Shown one piece after another: positions 25,326 through 39,046 of a stretch of 64,000 nucleotides of DNA. Each line of letters begins with the position of its first letter. Position 1 is the first letter of the stretch. Where the stretch lies: NCBI GenBank assembly GCA_951406725.2, contig OX597815.1, forward strand, positions 85,250,001 through 85,314,000. Reading direction: 5' to 3'. The notes beneath the pieces are model-generated. The model was not told where the DNA came from and searched no databases. It worked only from the letters and a program-made list of their open reading frames with translations. Position numbers and translations under genes: made by a program. This stretch comes from Octopus vulgaris (lineage: Eukaryota).

Positions 25326-27685
25326 TTATTTTGCCCTGGGTCAGACCTGACTGAGATGTTCAAAAAAAGCTTTAATGCTATAGCAATGTTTTTGTTTGTT
25401 CTTTTGCAGGCTCTGTGCCCTGGACTATATTATCCAATATGTCCTTCCTTTTTTAAACTGTAGGGTGTTGTTGGAGGGAGATTTGACTCCTCAAGCAACC
25501 ATGTAGAGACTCCTTCAGTGGTTCATTAGAGATGCAATTGTTTTATTAGTAGTTCAAGCTGCATTTATTTATAGTCTTCTTGTTTCAATTAAATGTTTAA
25601 AAAACTTGAAGTGGCAACATTACCTAGTGATTTCTGAGAAGGGAAAAAAATCTTCTCTTGTGTGAAAACAATTTTATACAAATATGCCGATATACACATA
25701 CCGCTGCCTCTCTCTCTCACTCTACACACACACATCTTCCTGTACACATACACCAAGCCTATAAACTCACCTGAGCCTACAGGTGTGGGCTGAAAAATTC
25801 CTGGCTTTAAGGGTATCGCAAAAGGCTTGGCTGGAGGCCCAACCTTCCAAGTTCTTTTGTAGAGCTTAGGAAACCTGAATGACCACTGCAATAAGGGTAT
25901 GAATCTGAGAGGGGAATATGTTGAATAAAATCATAATTAACTGATCCTCCTGTATTTTCTTTTACCCAAAGCCAGGAACTTTTTAATACCACCTCATACA
26001 AATGTTCCTGTACTCTACACACATTATTGTGCCAACACAGTCATGCCTACACACACACAGTCACCTCTATTCACTACTGGCCTTTAATGAAAAGCCTACA
26101 TGCAATTATCAATGATTTATTAACCTACAACTGTGATTAGTACTGTCTTATTGGTGTATTAATTAGTAGTGTCTCTTCGCATGTAAAACACCCAACACTC
26201 CTGTTTTTCTCTTTTGTACTCCAGTGTCAGTCAATTCCATAACTAATTTATTTACTTGGATACAAGAGGCACAGGAAATGTGTAAAATTAAAATAACTCA
26301 CCTTTAAATCAGCAATGTTGAAAAATCTCAATAAGCTATTGCTAAGAGAAATATTTTTCAGACTATTGTCTTCTCTCAAAATGAGAATTATTTTTTTTTA
26401 AAATTATGTCTTCATATTTAGACATAAGTATCCATATGCTTACCTCTAAAACTGTATTTTATTTCCCCCATGCATGCATGCACACACACTCACACAAACA
26501 CTCCAACAATGTTGGTATGAAAAAGCACAAAGATATCTAAACTAGCTGAATTTTATTAAGCAGATGAACTGGATTATGCTTTTACATACTTATATTTTGC
26601 ATTACATGGCATTTTTGTTTGACTTACACACTGTTAGATTAACACAAGTCTGTATGTTGTCTTTAATTGTCTTGTCATGCAAGTTCTCAGCTCCTCAGAG
26701 TATTTGTAAGGGTCATAACACATAGTTCTGTTATATATATGAGTTTATCTACCATGACTGCTAGTGCTGATTTTAAAAAAAATAGAAGTTTTAACAGTAT
26801 TGAGTACTATAGCATATAACTAAGCCAACAATGTCCTGAGTTTGTCTGATTTCAGTTCTGATCTGCTAATACTCTTTGGGGAATGTATATATATTGCAGT
26901 TCCATATCTCTAATAAATCAAGTACTTATACCTTTGGTAGAAATCAATTGTTTAAATAGTTGTCCTGATTAACAAGACCTCTAGTAAAAATCATTCAAGC
27001 TGTAACTATACTATCTTTCCCATTTTGAATGGTAGTGTGTGGTCAGAGGTAAATTTGGTTGATATTTCTAACAAGTTAGCCAACTATGTAGATGCATTCA
27101 TTGCTATAAGAATTCAATATTTGAGTGAATATAATTAATTCAATTAGATTATGAACTGTCTTTACTAGGATTTCTGGGAATACTGTTGAACAAATATGTG
27201 TCCTTATACAGTATCTATATATACACACATACATAGATGTATACATTTTTATGTATATTCAAATATCAAAACTCCCTGAAAGATTTGAGGCTTCTAAAGA
27301 TATTTTAATATCATCCTAATCTAGAAGTTATTGAAACTACATAGTTAAATGATTTGGTTTTCTATAAATTATTTCTCATTATTTATTGTTAATGAAATCT
27401 CTGATAGATCTGGTTTAATAGAATCATCATGTATCCCCCATAGTATATGTGTGAGTGTTTAGCAATTCAGTTTGACAAACCCACTTTCATTGCAAGTAAT
27501 TATTTAATATATGAGCTCTAATTTTAGATGTTATTTCTAGGTAAATAAGAGCAAACAAGGAATTTTAAGAATTCTGGTTGAACTTATCTATCTTTTAATT
27601 CTGAGATTCTTATATTTGATTGCTTTTATGCTTAATAATTGTTTTGTTTTTTTGTTTTGTTTTCTTTTTTTTTCCTTTAACACAG

Positions 27686-27762
27686 GGACCGTTTGAATGA
27701 AGATGACACAGTTGGAACCCATTTTCTGCCTATATCTCTGATTTCTTCACCAGGCGATGCTG
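27686..27762 (+). CDS. MYOF: Mutually exclusive exon B, C2C (DRLNEDDTVGTHFLPISLISSPGDAG)
   Basis: aacacag|G GAC CGT...GCT G|gtgatt, 77 nt, phase 2-1; read-through hits TAA within a few codons, supporting this donor; closer to myoferlin DRLTKNDVVGT. Confidence 0.88.
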
Positions 27763-30700
27763 GTGATTATTCAATATCCTAACTATTTACTTTCTTTTAA
27801 AAAAAGATGTGCCTGCTTTCTTCATTGGTTGTTGTCTTTCTGTCATTTCTAAATCTTTTTATTTTTCCTTGCACTATGGAAGGTAAAGGTTAATTTTATG
27901 TTCTACATTTTCCATGGTGTTAAAGCATGTTTGCAATGGACAATTGATAGGGATTAAATATAGTTTAAAATTAATGTCTGAAAAACAGAAATGATTATTT
28001 CTTCCCACCACTTTTTATATAAAAATCCTCTCCAAATGAATTGGAGTGTATGGAATGAGGGGAAGGTGGTTTTATGCCAGATGTTGAGGGGCTAAAATAT
28101 GACACAGGATAGTTGTCTTACTATAGAGGAAATACATGGCTACTCTACTTTATATAAGCGTGGGTGGTAGTAGCTGGAGAGAAGATAAAAGTGGCAGTGA
28201 TGAGATGCCAGAGCAAACTCTCAAGGTACAAGAAAGTGAATATAATTGAGAGTACCGAATGTGGATCAGAGGGAAGGAGAGGATGGGTAATTTCATAAGA
28301 ATGTGAGGAGAGGGATAGGTGATTAGAAATGGAGGTAGAGATGAATGAGGGTGGAGAGGTGGTTAATGGTAAACATCAATATGAAGGTGGGAGTTGTGAG
28401 GGAGAGAGAGAGAGGAGTGGCTCAGGAAGGAGGAGGTGACAAGTTGCAGCACAGGAAAGGAAGGAGATATACAGAAATCGGGGGTACAATAAGAGTGGTA
28501 ACAGTGATTGGAATGATGATGATGGCAAGGCATTGATGACACGTATGAGAGAATGCTGAGAATGATAGCAGATATTAAAGATTAGGGATGGTAGATCTGA
28601 GATGTGGCTCAGAGTAGAGGGAAAGATAACTAAAGGCACAGAAAAGAAGTGATCTGTGGAAATAGTATGGGAAGGGATGATAATGAGAGATAGACATAAA
28701 TAGAAAATAGTTCTTGGAGAGATAACTGGTAGCACAAAAGAAGCAATGAAATGTGCGCCAATTCTGCTTTCAAATGATTGCATTAGATGTGTAATGCCAT
28801 AGATTAATGGAGGCGATCCGTATTAGGGAGATGAGAAGTGGAGAGTGTTTGGTGGGAGCAAACTGGGTACCAGGGCAGGGCTCACTATGTACAGGTATAA
28901 ACATAATGCTCTGAGGACCTCACTTTGACTGATAGATGGGTCTTCTCAAGCATAATGTGGAATTGAAATTGTCACATCAATAAGCATCTAAATTTTTTAT
29001 AGGTAATCCAAAATATCCCCTCAACACAAGAGCTTTCTTTCTTCATAATCCTTATAATTGTTTATTCATTCTGAGTGACATTGTTTTAAACTATATTTAA
29101 TGGCTGTTTGTTGGTGAAGGTAAAATTTTAAAATTCTACTTTGCAATGATTTTTTTTTTTTTTTTTGTATGTATGTATACATATGAGAAAACCTTCTGGG
29201 TTTAGGTATCTTTGCAAGCAGAAAAAAAACTATTTTAAAATTATACATCAAAACTATATTTTTTATTCTTGAATGATCACAATACAAAGACCACTATCCA
29301 ACTGCAAAAAAACAATTGCCTCACTTAAACCATTCCACCCATGCAACAGTGAGAAAATTAATGTAAAAACAAAAACTTGCATAAAATGTTTCTACACTGA
29401 TTCATATGACTCTGTTGATGTAACTGATGAAGCAGTGACATAACTGTCGGGCAAGAATACATAGGTCCATTTCTGTCACTGCTTACAAGGTCAACTGTTC
29501 CACCAGTTAATTAGCAGTTTCATGGACACAGGTTTGACTGGGTGCTGAATAAGTTCACAAACATGAAGCCTTGGGCACATTCCATAACCACACACTAATT
29601 CAAGCCTTATGAGTTTATTTGAATTGAAAGAAATCATACAGATGCTTGTTGTATAGATTGCACTTGTTATTGAAAGGTAGAGCCTTATCACACTTGAGTC
29701 ATGTTGGTTTCTCCTGGGATTATGTTGAGGTAAAGTTGTCTGAGGAATACTCAGTTGTGTTGCATGCTAATTCAATGAGCAGGTTATCCAGTTGATTGAA
29801 CAGCTGGACACTCATCGGTCACAATCAATATGAATGCTAATCATTATACCATCTGTGACTCATATGTACATACATACACCTAAAGTACTTATGATCTAAA
29901 CTAATCAGAAGAATAGGGAATATTAAAGAAAGGTGAGGAGCAGATAACCATGAGATGTGCGCCTAATGCAAGTTGTAAGTTGTCGCACAGAGTATTTAAC
30001 TAGTTTTACTGATCTCAACTAATTAATCATCATAGAAAAAAATACTAAGAGATTGTTAAACCAACAAAATGAAAAACTCCTGATGGGACCTTTCTATATA
30101 AAATAGTTGAGTAGTTTTGCTGTAACAAACCTAATATTTCAGGCTTGCTAGAACCTTTTAATTCAACTTGCTACATGTTGCACATTTGTACGTTTTTAGT
30201 AGCTGTAATAAAAAGACTGTTGAATGTTCATCTAACATAGTCTTTTTATCTTTTTAATAAAACTAATTTCCTAAACTCTTGGTACTCTTTCATTCACTGG
30301 TTCTGCAATAGGCAAATCAAAGATGTACTAATAATGCTTAATAGTAAAAACTGAAAACTGTAATAATCGTATATTTATATCAAGTCTTATGTAATGTGTA
30401 TGTCTAGAAATAGAGCATAACAGTTGAATGCCTGTCTGAATGAGTAGAATCTAGTTATTTTTCATATTTCTAATACTGTTTCATACGTTAATGTAATTGC
30501 TACTCTGGATAGCTTTTATATATTACTACTGACCATATTAAATTTGCTGTTTTGATGTATGTTAAAATGTACAATAGCTGGAAGATGAAGATGTAGGACT
30601 TCTGATCACATGACCACAAGTCCAAACCATTGTTGTCTATTCTTGTTATTTAGCTTGTGATCAGAGTGGATTGAACGGACCCTTAATCAAGGCTTTCCAG

Positions 30701-31086
30701 CCATGACCTTCCAATCCTCATTTCAGGCACTGTACCAGAACTACCTTATCAAAAAATTGTTTAGAATGGGTTTTGGCTGCTATTTCTTGTAGGTTAAACA
30801 ATGTAGTTGCTCTCTCATTGCCCATGCTTAGTTATTGTTTAGTTCTATGTCAACAGTACTGATCAAGCATATTTGCAATCAGAGGTATTAAAAACTTGAC
30901 AATCCTATTGTTTCCAAGTATAGGATATCTAATATGCCCTTTTACTTTAAAATGGTATGGTATGATTTAAAGGAAATTTGGCTTTTTTTAGCAGGTTGAG
31001 TAATTGCATATAGGCTCCCTGGCTTAGATCACCAGGCATAGCATATTCTATCTTCAGAAGTGAATGAAAAAGTAGCATCAAGGTTG

Positions 31087-31820
31087 TCATCATCGTCGTT
31101 TGACATCCGCTTTCCTTACTGCCATTGGTTGGATGGTTTGACTGAGGACTGGCAAGCCACAAAGCTGTACCAGGCTCCAATCTGATCTGGTAAGGTTTCC
31201 ACTGCTGGATGCCCTTCCTAGTACCAACCACTCCGAGAGTGTAGTGGGTGCTTTTTATGTGCCACCAGCATGGGAGCCATTCAAGCAGCACTGGCAACAA
31301 CCATGCTTGAATTCCGCCGAGGTCGACTTTGCCTTTCATCCTTTTGGGGTCGATAAATTAAGTACCAGTTACTCACTGGGGTCGATGTAATTGACTTAAT
31401 ACCTATGTCTGTCTTTGTTTGTCCCCTTTATGTTTAGCCCCTTGTGGGTAATAAAGAAATAGGTACTTTTTACATGCCACTGGCAGAGGAGCCAATCAGG
31501 CGACACTGGCATCAACCAAGCTCAAATGGTGCCTTTTACATGCCACCAGGATGGGTGCCAATCAGGTGGTACTGGCATCGGTCACGACAATGAGTTCACT
31601 TGCCTCAACAGGTCTTTGCAAGCACAGTTTATTGCCCAGTGATTGAAGGGTACTCTTAAATGGGCCGGTTATGCTGCACTGGCATAGGCCACAGACACAG
31701 TCTCACTTGGCTTGCCAAGTCTTCTCAAGCACAGCATATCTCCAAAGGTCTCGGTCACTCATCATCACTTCTGTGAGGCCCAACGTTCAAAGGTGGTGTT
31801 TCACCACCTCATCCCAGATC
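31087..31820 (-). mobile_element. RTE-clade LINE 3' end with nested SINE at about 31310-31460
   Basis: (ATG)n-type tail, 3'UTR repeats (gtgccac...ggca) and ORF2 C-terminal remnant; same family as 32986-33840, 44299-44775 and 59100-59560. Confidence 0.75.
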
Positions 31821-32985
31821 ATGAGCTTAATTTTTGCTACAGTTATGCTATATTTGTAAACAAAACCTTTCTCTCTTCATTGGTTTCTCAGTTAAATAAT
31901 TAGTCACAGAAATTAAAACTTCTTTATGTCAGTGTCCAAATTTACAAAGCTACCCTCTCATATTAAAAGTGGGCAAATGGCAGATGTCATGCTAGCTGAC
32001 TGTTTAATGCTCTGGAATTTTTATGGATTAAATGTGTTACAGAGTTCTTTAGGTTCCATCAATCAGAAAATGTAGATCTCTACTTCAACAGTATCATATG
32101 GTTGGATTATGGAAAGAGGGGACATCAAATTTTAACTATACAAATGTACCAGTATTGTTCCAAAATGAAAAATTGAACACAAAATCATAAATAGTTAGCA
32201 TTTTTCACTAAGACTTAAAGAACTTCATTCTTTGTACAATCCAAAATGGAACTCATGATGAGGAAAGTTCTGTAAATTTAGCAAAGTTTGAAGACGTGAG
32301 TTGAAACATAAATATTACTATTGGTTACAAGGGAAAGCAGTGTCCCTGACTCTACCAAATAACATAAATCAATTTTGTTGTTTCCTTTTTCAGGGTGTTC
32401 ATATTGTTTAGGAGGCTGAACACATCTACCTTGAAATTACATGACAAATTATTATTTTAGGAAAAAAAAGTTACTGATGGTAGTACTCTAATCGTTAAGA
32501 CAGTCATTGATTTAAAACATTTTTAGAGTTTGTCTGTAAATATAGTCATATACTATAGTCGTCAGTATGTGTGCAATATGTGACCATGAAGTGGAGTTGT
32601 ACATGACTTGTTTGTTTTGATATGTCTTATTGATTATTTATCTTTGATTTTCTTACCATATCTTAATAGGGTTCTCTAAAATTGACAATAAATAAATACA
32701 CGCACATAAATATATCCATATCAGGACAATTACCCCACCCCCATAGGACAATTCGCCTGATGACAACTACCTCCTAGGACAATTACACCCCTTGGTTAAT
32801 TACTCCCTCTCCAATATATTAAGAAGTTTTAAATCATCATTTGTTGTCCTCCGGGGTAATTGTCTTTGCTGGGTTATTGTCCATGGGGGTGCTAAATGCG
32901 CTAGACTCATATATATCATCGTTTAATGTCTGCCTTCCATGCTGGTATGGGTGAGACACACACACACACACATATATATATAATT

Positions 32986-33840
32986 ATCATCATTTAACAT
33001 CTGCCTTCCATGCTGGCATGGATCGGATGGTTTGACAAGAGCCAGCCAGGCAGAAGCCTGCACCAGACTTCTGTGTCTGTTTTGGCAGGATTTTTACAGC
33101 TGGATGCCCTTCCTAACACTAACCTCTCAGCAGCGTGGACTTAGTGCTTTTTACGTGGCACAAGCACAGGCAAGGTCAGTTTTGGCAAGGTTTTTATGGC
33201 TGGATACCCTTCTGAACACCAACTACCTTACAGTGTGGACTGGATGCTATTAAGTGTCACCTGCATTGACAGGGTTACCAAGCACTCGCAAAACAAACAA
33301 AAAAATTTGGAGGAAGTGACCTTATGTCAGATGATGAAAGGTTATAGTGAGACAGAGAAACAGAAACAGGTGCGCTACTGCAAGGGAGATACATGGTTAT
33401 CCAACCTGAGGGAGGTGCAGGAGAAGGAGAAAGTGGGAGACAGCAGACTAGAGATGGTGGCAAAATGTCGGACATACTCACAAGGGATTGGGATCAGATT
33501 ATAAATGAGATGGTTGAGTAAAGGAAGAGAGAGATATAGATGGTAGCAAGTGCCAGGGCATACTCCTGAGGTCCGAATGCCATATTTGATTTCGATTTCA
33601 ATTGCATCAACAGGTCTTTGCAAGCAGTGTTTAGTGTCCAATAAAAGAAAGGTACTCTTAAGTGGGCTGGTTACACCACTAACATAGGCCATGGGTTATG
33701 GTCTCACTTGACTTGCCAGGTCTTCACAAGCACAGCATATTTCCAAAGGCCTCAGTCACTAGTCATTGCCTTGGTGAGGCCTAATGTTCAAAGGTTATGC
33801 TTCACCACCTCATGCCAGGTCTTCCTGGGTCTACCTCTTC
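32986..33840 (-). mobile_element. RTE-clade LINE 3' end
   Basis: Minus strand of about 33700-33840 translates RGRPRKTWHEVVK...LWKYAV, the RTE ORF2 C-terminus, followed by 3'UTR and tail. Confidence 0.75.
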
Positions 33841-34174
33841 CACACACATGCACACACACACATATAAGCTAGAGCTTTTAAAAAATAGATTGTTTAAAAG
33901 TGATTATTTAATTTTTTTTAAATTACTGTTTAAAATATTTAAGTATTATTTCTGAAATATACACTCTTAAAAATAAAATCTTCAATACGCAATCTTATAG
34001 TAGAAGTATGGATGTGAAAAAGAGACGTTACTTATAATGCAAAATATAAACTTAGTCACAGAATTTAGTCAAAAGTCATTAAACACATAAGGGAGCATTA
34101 TATTTGTGATCCCATTGTACTCCTGTAAATATATGTATGTGTGTATGTTTGCTTATATAAGGTTAAATGCTTAA

Positions 34175-34375
34175 CCCTTTAGTATTTAAATTAGACGTAT
34201 CCAGCCCAAATATTCTGTTTTATGTTCAAGTCAGTCATATTTAACCTACCCTATAATGTCATTCTAAAAATAAACAATCACATCATCAAAATCTTGAATC
34301 TGCAAGACAATGCATAATTAATTCAAAATGGTGGAAATAAGCATTACATATGACAGTAATGTGGATACTAAAGGG
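34175..34375. mobile_element. piggyBac-type MITE; related copy at about 11506-11689
   Basis: TTAA|CCCTTTAG...CTAAAGGG|TTAT; shares internal sequence (cattctaaaaataaacaatcacatcat) with 11506-11689. Confidence 0.65.
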
Positions 34376-37300
34376 TTATTGCCACACTTATGGTGTCGGT
34401 TCAAAGATTTGCTATCTTTTGCCTAAACTACATTTCTGAATTTGTGTGTGCACTAAAATAACTGCTTATTGTCTAACTACAAAATTTTATTTTGCTTAGA
34501 AAATGTATTAACTCATTTTTGAAATTTATTTTATACAAATATTTTTTTACTAAATTGTTTTTGTTTTTTTAGAATTCAGTTTTTATTTCTGATTAAATGT
34601 TTTATTTTTTTTAAAGGTACTTACCCAGGTAACTCTTCCTCATATCTCCTTTTATCTGTCGACAAATCAGAATCAAGTGATCCAGTTTTCTTCATATTTT
34701 TCCCCAATTTTTTTTTTGTTTTCCCACTTGGCTTCTCCATCTCATTCTCTCTCTTTCTCATTGCCTCAACTGTACTCTCTTTACATACAAATAAATATAT
34801 CCTACTGCCTTTTTATTACCCTTTCCCCTGTATGCTCTCTGTCCCTACCCACCCAATTTTGCTCTTTCTCTCTCTCTCTCTCTGCTTGCTTTTTGTCCTT
34901 TTCCCATTCTTGAACATTTCCACTGTCTTCCTCTTTTCCATTCTAACTCCTGCTATGTGCCCCACCCCACCCAGTCACACTCACATTTTCCTATGCCCCC
35001 ATTTGTTTTTACATCTGCCATTCCATGTACGCATGGATTAAACATGTCTTTTTGAGCAAATGCTTTACCACGGGACATTTTTCCTGATGCCAACACTTTT
35101 AGCCTCCTCTTATGCCATGCAGGATTGCAGCATACCTTTGCTAAAGTCCTTGATATATGTATACTAATGTTTGTTTTTATGTGAAGTTATATATAAAAAC
35201 AATTTAACATTAAACTAATATTTTTTTTAGTTGAGAGCATGTTTATTAATTTATACAAGGAAAAGGTTGATTCTTACTTGGAGATTTGACTTGTTCAGTG
35301 TCATCAGTCTGATGATAACAAGCAAGCCTGAACTTCAGAAGCTGGCAATCCTATTCTATTTCATGTATTAAGTCTCATCAAATACTCATTGATGCATTTA
35401 TTGATGGTCCCTCTTCACACTGGCCCATTGTTACAAATATGGGTGAAGTGATTTTTTTTTCTGTTTACTTTGCAAGAAGAATCCACATTTACACAGATGG
35501 GAGAGACTTTATATGATTGCTCAACTTTGTAGAAGTAGCCAGCAAATGTCCCTTGGAACACACTCTAAAAAAACAAAATAACACATTACATAATGAGGCC
35601 TTGAATGTCCTGCAAATAGGAAAAAGATGGAGTGACCATAGCTGGAAAGCTTTTGATCCTATAATTCCTTACACATGGTTTATCTTGAGCTAAAAGCTAA
35701 AACAGTGTATGGAGTTCCTTATTCATTTCAGTACCCTACTTATTCAATTCCCCTTTGTAAAAATAAGTTATAACACTTGTAATAAGCTGTGATAATTTAT
35801 GACTTAGTTCTATATATTGGACTTAATAGAGGGTATCCGGAGATGCAAAGTCTGAACTGTAGTGAATTGAATTATGATGCACTTTGCCAAATCGAGAGCT
35901 AATGTGGCTTCCTTGAGATAACATTACCTGTAGTTTAAGAGTGAGAAGAAAATTTCATCTTGAGCTTCTATTATCTCTTGTGTATGATTGATGCTTTGTA
36001 TCAACAGCTCTTTTATATGACTGATGCCTTGTCCTCGTCTCTTCATTATTTCGTATATATATATATATAAAAACTGTTTATTCACTTCTTTAATCCTTCC
36101 CTCCAGATGTCTAATTGATCTTTCATCTTCACAGCACGACTCAGACCCATAAAACCATATCTGGATGCCTTTTCCTCTGATTGTTGTCCAACATAAGGAT
36201 GCTGCTACATGCTAGAATGTTCTTATCAATTCAGAATTGTTGCCATTGATTGTTTTTTTTTTTTTTTTTTGTTTTTTTTTTTTTTTTTTACTTTTATTTC
36301 TTTGTGTGTGAGACAACATCTGAATGCTATAAGTTCTCTGTTAAATTTTCAGAAGTTTTAATGTTTTTTGATTTGTTTTAATATTTCATTTTTCCTTTAA
36401 ATGTTCTTTATATGTACTTTTTTTTAAAGATATGAAAAATAATTATAAAATATTTTCTTTAAAATCAATATTCAGAATGTTAGCAGTTGGTATATCTCCT
36501 TCCCTATTTCTGAATCTGTTTTTGTTTATGTTTCATTGCTCTCATTACCAGTTATTTGTCTCTGTGTTTGAAACATATGTCACTGACAAAAATCAATAAC
36601 ATTTGTTTCAAATTGCTCCTCATTTCGGACAACTTGTTTATAAAATTGTCGCTAATTTTTTATTATTTTTATTGTCTAGCTGAATAATATACTTATGTAA
36701 AACACACAAAAATGTGTGGTTGTCAAGTGCAGTGGTAGGGTCACTAAAAATTGAGTCTAAGCCCTATTTTGATACTTTTGCATTAATTCTTCTTGAAAAT
36801 GACATGGATGTCATTATTTCTTATACAAATTTGGGACAAAGATTTAGTTAATCAAAAACACTATTTCATGGCAGCTAGTATTAAAGGTTTTGATTTTACA
36901 TACACCTATGAAATTTTGCTTCTAATATGGTACTGCTTCTTATCAAATGCATCACATTTAATTAAGAAATTACTATTTATATTATTCCTTTGGTGTACTC
37001 TCCAACCACATGTTGACTCAAACATTTACATAAGTTAAACTAATTATCAATTGAAATTTCAATAATGCCCGACTTTTTTTTTCTTGTGATTTTTATTTCT
37101 TTTAACTGTGTATTCAGTTTGCATATTACTCAAAACTTTTTTTTATTTGTTAACTCCAATTTTGGAATTATTTTTATTTAAACAACTTTTAATAGCCAAT
37201 TAATTCAGGTAAAAAAGAAAATTTATGTCTAAATAGTTTCATTATTTGTTTGGCTTTAAAATATAGATATATTCTAAATAAATGCTTATCATCTAAACCA

Positions 37301-38050
37301 TGCTTGCTTATTTGCATTTAACTTCTTTAGATTTTTTTTTTGCCCTCTTGATTTGCTTTCATATAACCCCACCCTTCCTGTTACCTTTTAAAATTAATCA
37401 AACATTTGTTGATATATGCTCTACTTTTGTTTTTTCTCTCAAATTTGCACTTTGATAAGATCTAATGTTGTAATTAGAATCTGAAGACCTCATTAGAATG
37501 CAGATTCAACAAGAGTTCTAAAGCTTAGCCTTTAGTAAATTAGCTTGACATAAAATTCCACAAGCAATTTTCCACTGTGTGTGGTCTCCTTGAATAATTC
37601 ACATTATTTTGGAGTTCTAAATAGGCAATGTATATTATCAAAATATAAAACACAGTAAGCCATGATTGAGATGGTTTCAAGTCTCAAAGTGTAATGTCAT
37701 ATTATTCATCCTTGTTTTCCTTTTACAAATAAATATAAGGCTTTGTGTCTATACCAAAAGTGAATTCTTTATCTAGCAAACACATAAATGAGTCTACTTC
37801 GCAACTTTTGTGTGCGTGCGTGTGCATGTTTAAAATTCTTGTAAAAAACACTCAATAATATATATTGAACAATTTGAAAATATTTTGTATTAGATTAAAA
37901 TTGAGTATATCATTTCTTATTCTAGATTAGCTTAAACCTTTATTTAGATATTTTTTAATAAATGCATATTTATTCTTTGAAGAAAATTCTACATTCTATC
38001 AGTATTTTAATAGATTACAAAAATTCAACACATTTAACTTGTTATTCTAG

Positions 38051-38151
38051 GATTTCTTCCAACATTTGGGCCATGCTTTGTAAATTTCTATGGTTCCACA
38101 AGGGAATATTCTGATTTGCCTGATGAATTTGATGATCTGAACATTGGAAAA
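38051..38151 (+). CDS. MYOF: Ferlin exon ([34 protein letters not shown])
   Basis: ttctag|...|gtaagc, 101 nt, phase 1-0. Confidence 0.96.
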
Positions 38152-38865
38152 GTAAGCAATTTTTCTTTGTGTGTTTTTGTACTTTTTTCTAGTTACTGCT
38201 TTTAGCAATTCAAATCTATTAATCTCCTTTAAGAAGGATATGAACATTCCATTCCTTGCAAACCTATAAATCTGAAACTTAGGGCTAATCATCAGCTGAA
38301 CAAATATTCCATACAAGCAATTACAGAAACTAATAGAAGACAAAAGTTTGAATTAGCAAGTATTTACTACTTGCTATATCTATGCTAGCAGAAGATGTTA
38401 TACAATTAATTATTGTTGCTATTTATAAATATCAAACTTATATCAGTGATAACAGTATTTTTACAATGAGATCCTTAGTTGAGTATTAGTAAATTCATTA
38501 AATAAGAATACGAGATTAAGACAGTATTTAACCCTTTTGTTACTATATTTCTGTTAAAAAGCATTGAATTTCCTTCAATTAACTCTTTGAAAATAGCTTT
38601 GTCACTATTAGCTAGTGTTTGGAATGTGAATTAATGTGAAATTTTGATGGAAGATTTTAATTCAGATCACTTTTGAGCAAGAAGTGTGTATCATAGAATC
38701 TGGGCCTGTCTCAGACAGATTATTATCACAGATTTAAAGATGGTTATAGATAACAGATATGCTACTGAAATAATCTATTACACCATAATGATGAGTCATT
38801 GCAATGAAATGGTTAAAGCTCTACTATGAATTTAAAAGTCACAGGTTCGGACCATAAGGCTTCAC

Positions 38866-39046
38866 TACTATAGCAACATTATTTTCTGTTTGTAGCCAAA
38901 CTCAAATTTTGTTGGTCTACTAAATTAAGTACGTATCTTACTTTCTAGTGAACAGAATTACAAACTAGAAAGTAAGATACATACTTAAGTAGACCAACAA
39001 AATTTGAGTTTGGCTACAAACAGAAGAAAATAATGTTGCTATAGTA
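38866..39046. repeat. About 180-bp hairpin palindrome
   Basis: tactatagcaacattatttt...ctttctagt / actagaaag...aaaataatgttgctatagta with a loop of about 14 nt. Confidence 0.9.

Noticed and set aside
28050-28880. Purine-rich stretch with ORFs 28345..28536 and 28376..28783
   Set aside because: Compositionally biased and probably a decayed repeat; no recognisable protein motif I can support.
30578-30592. AG-CTGGAAGATGAAGAT-GT as a 15-nt microexon
   Set aside because: No polypyrimidine tract, a weak donor, and a TGA stop in the required phase 1.
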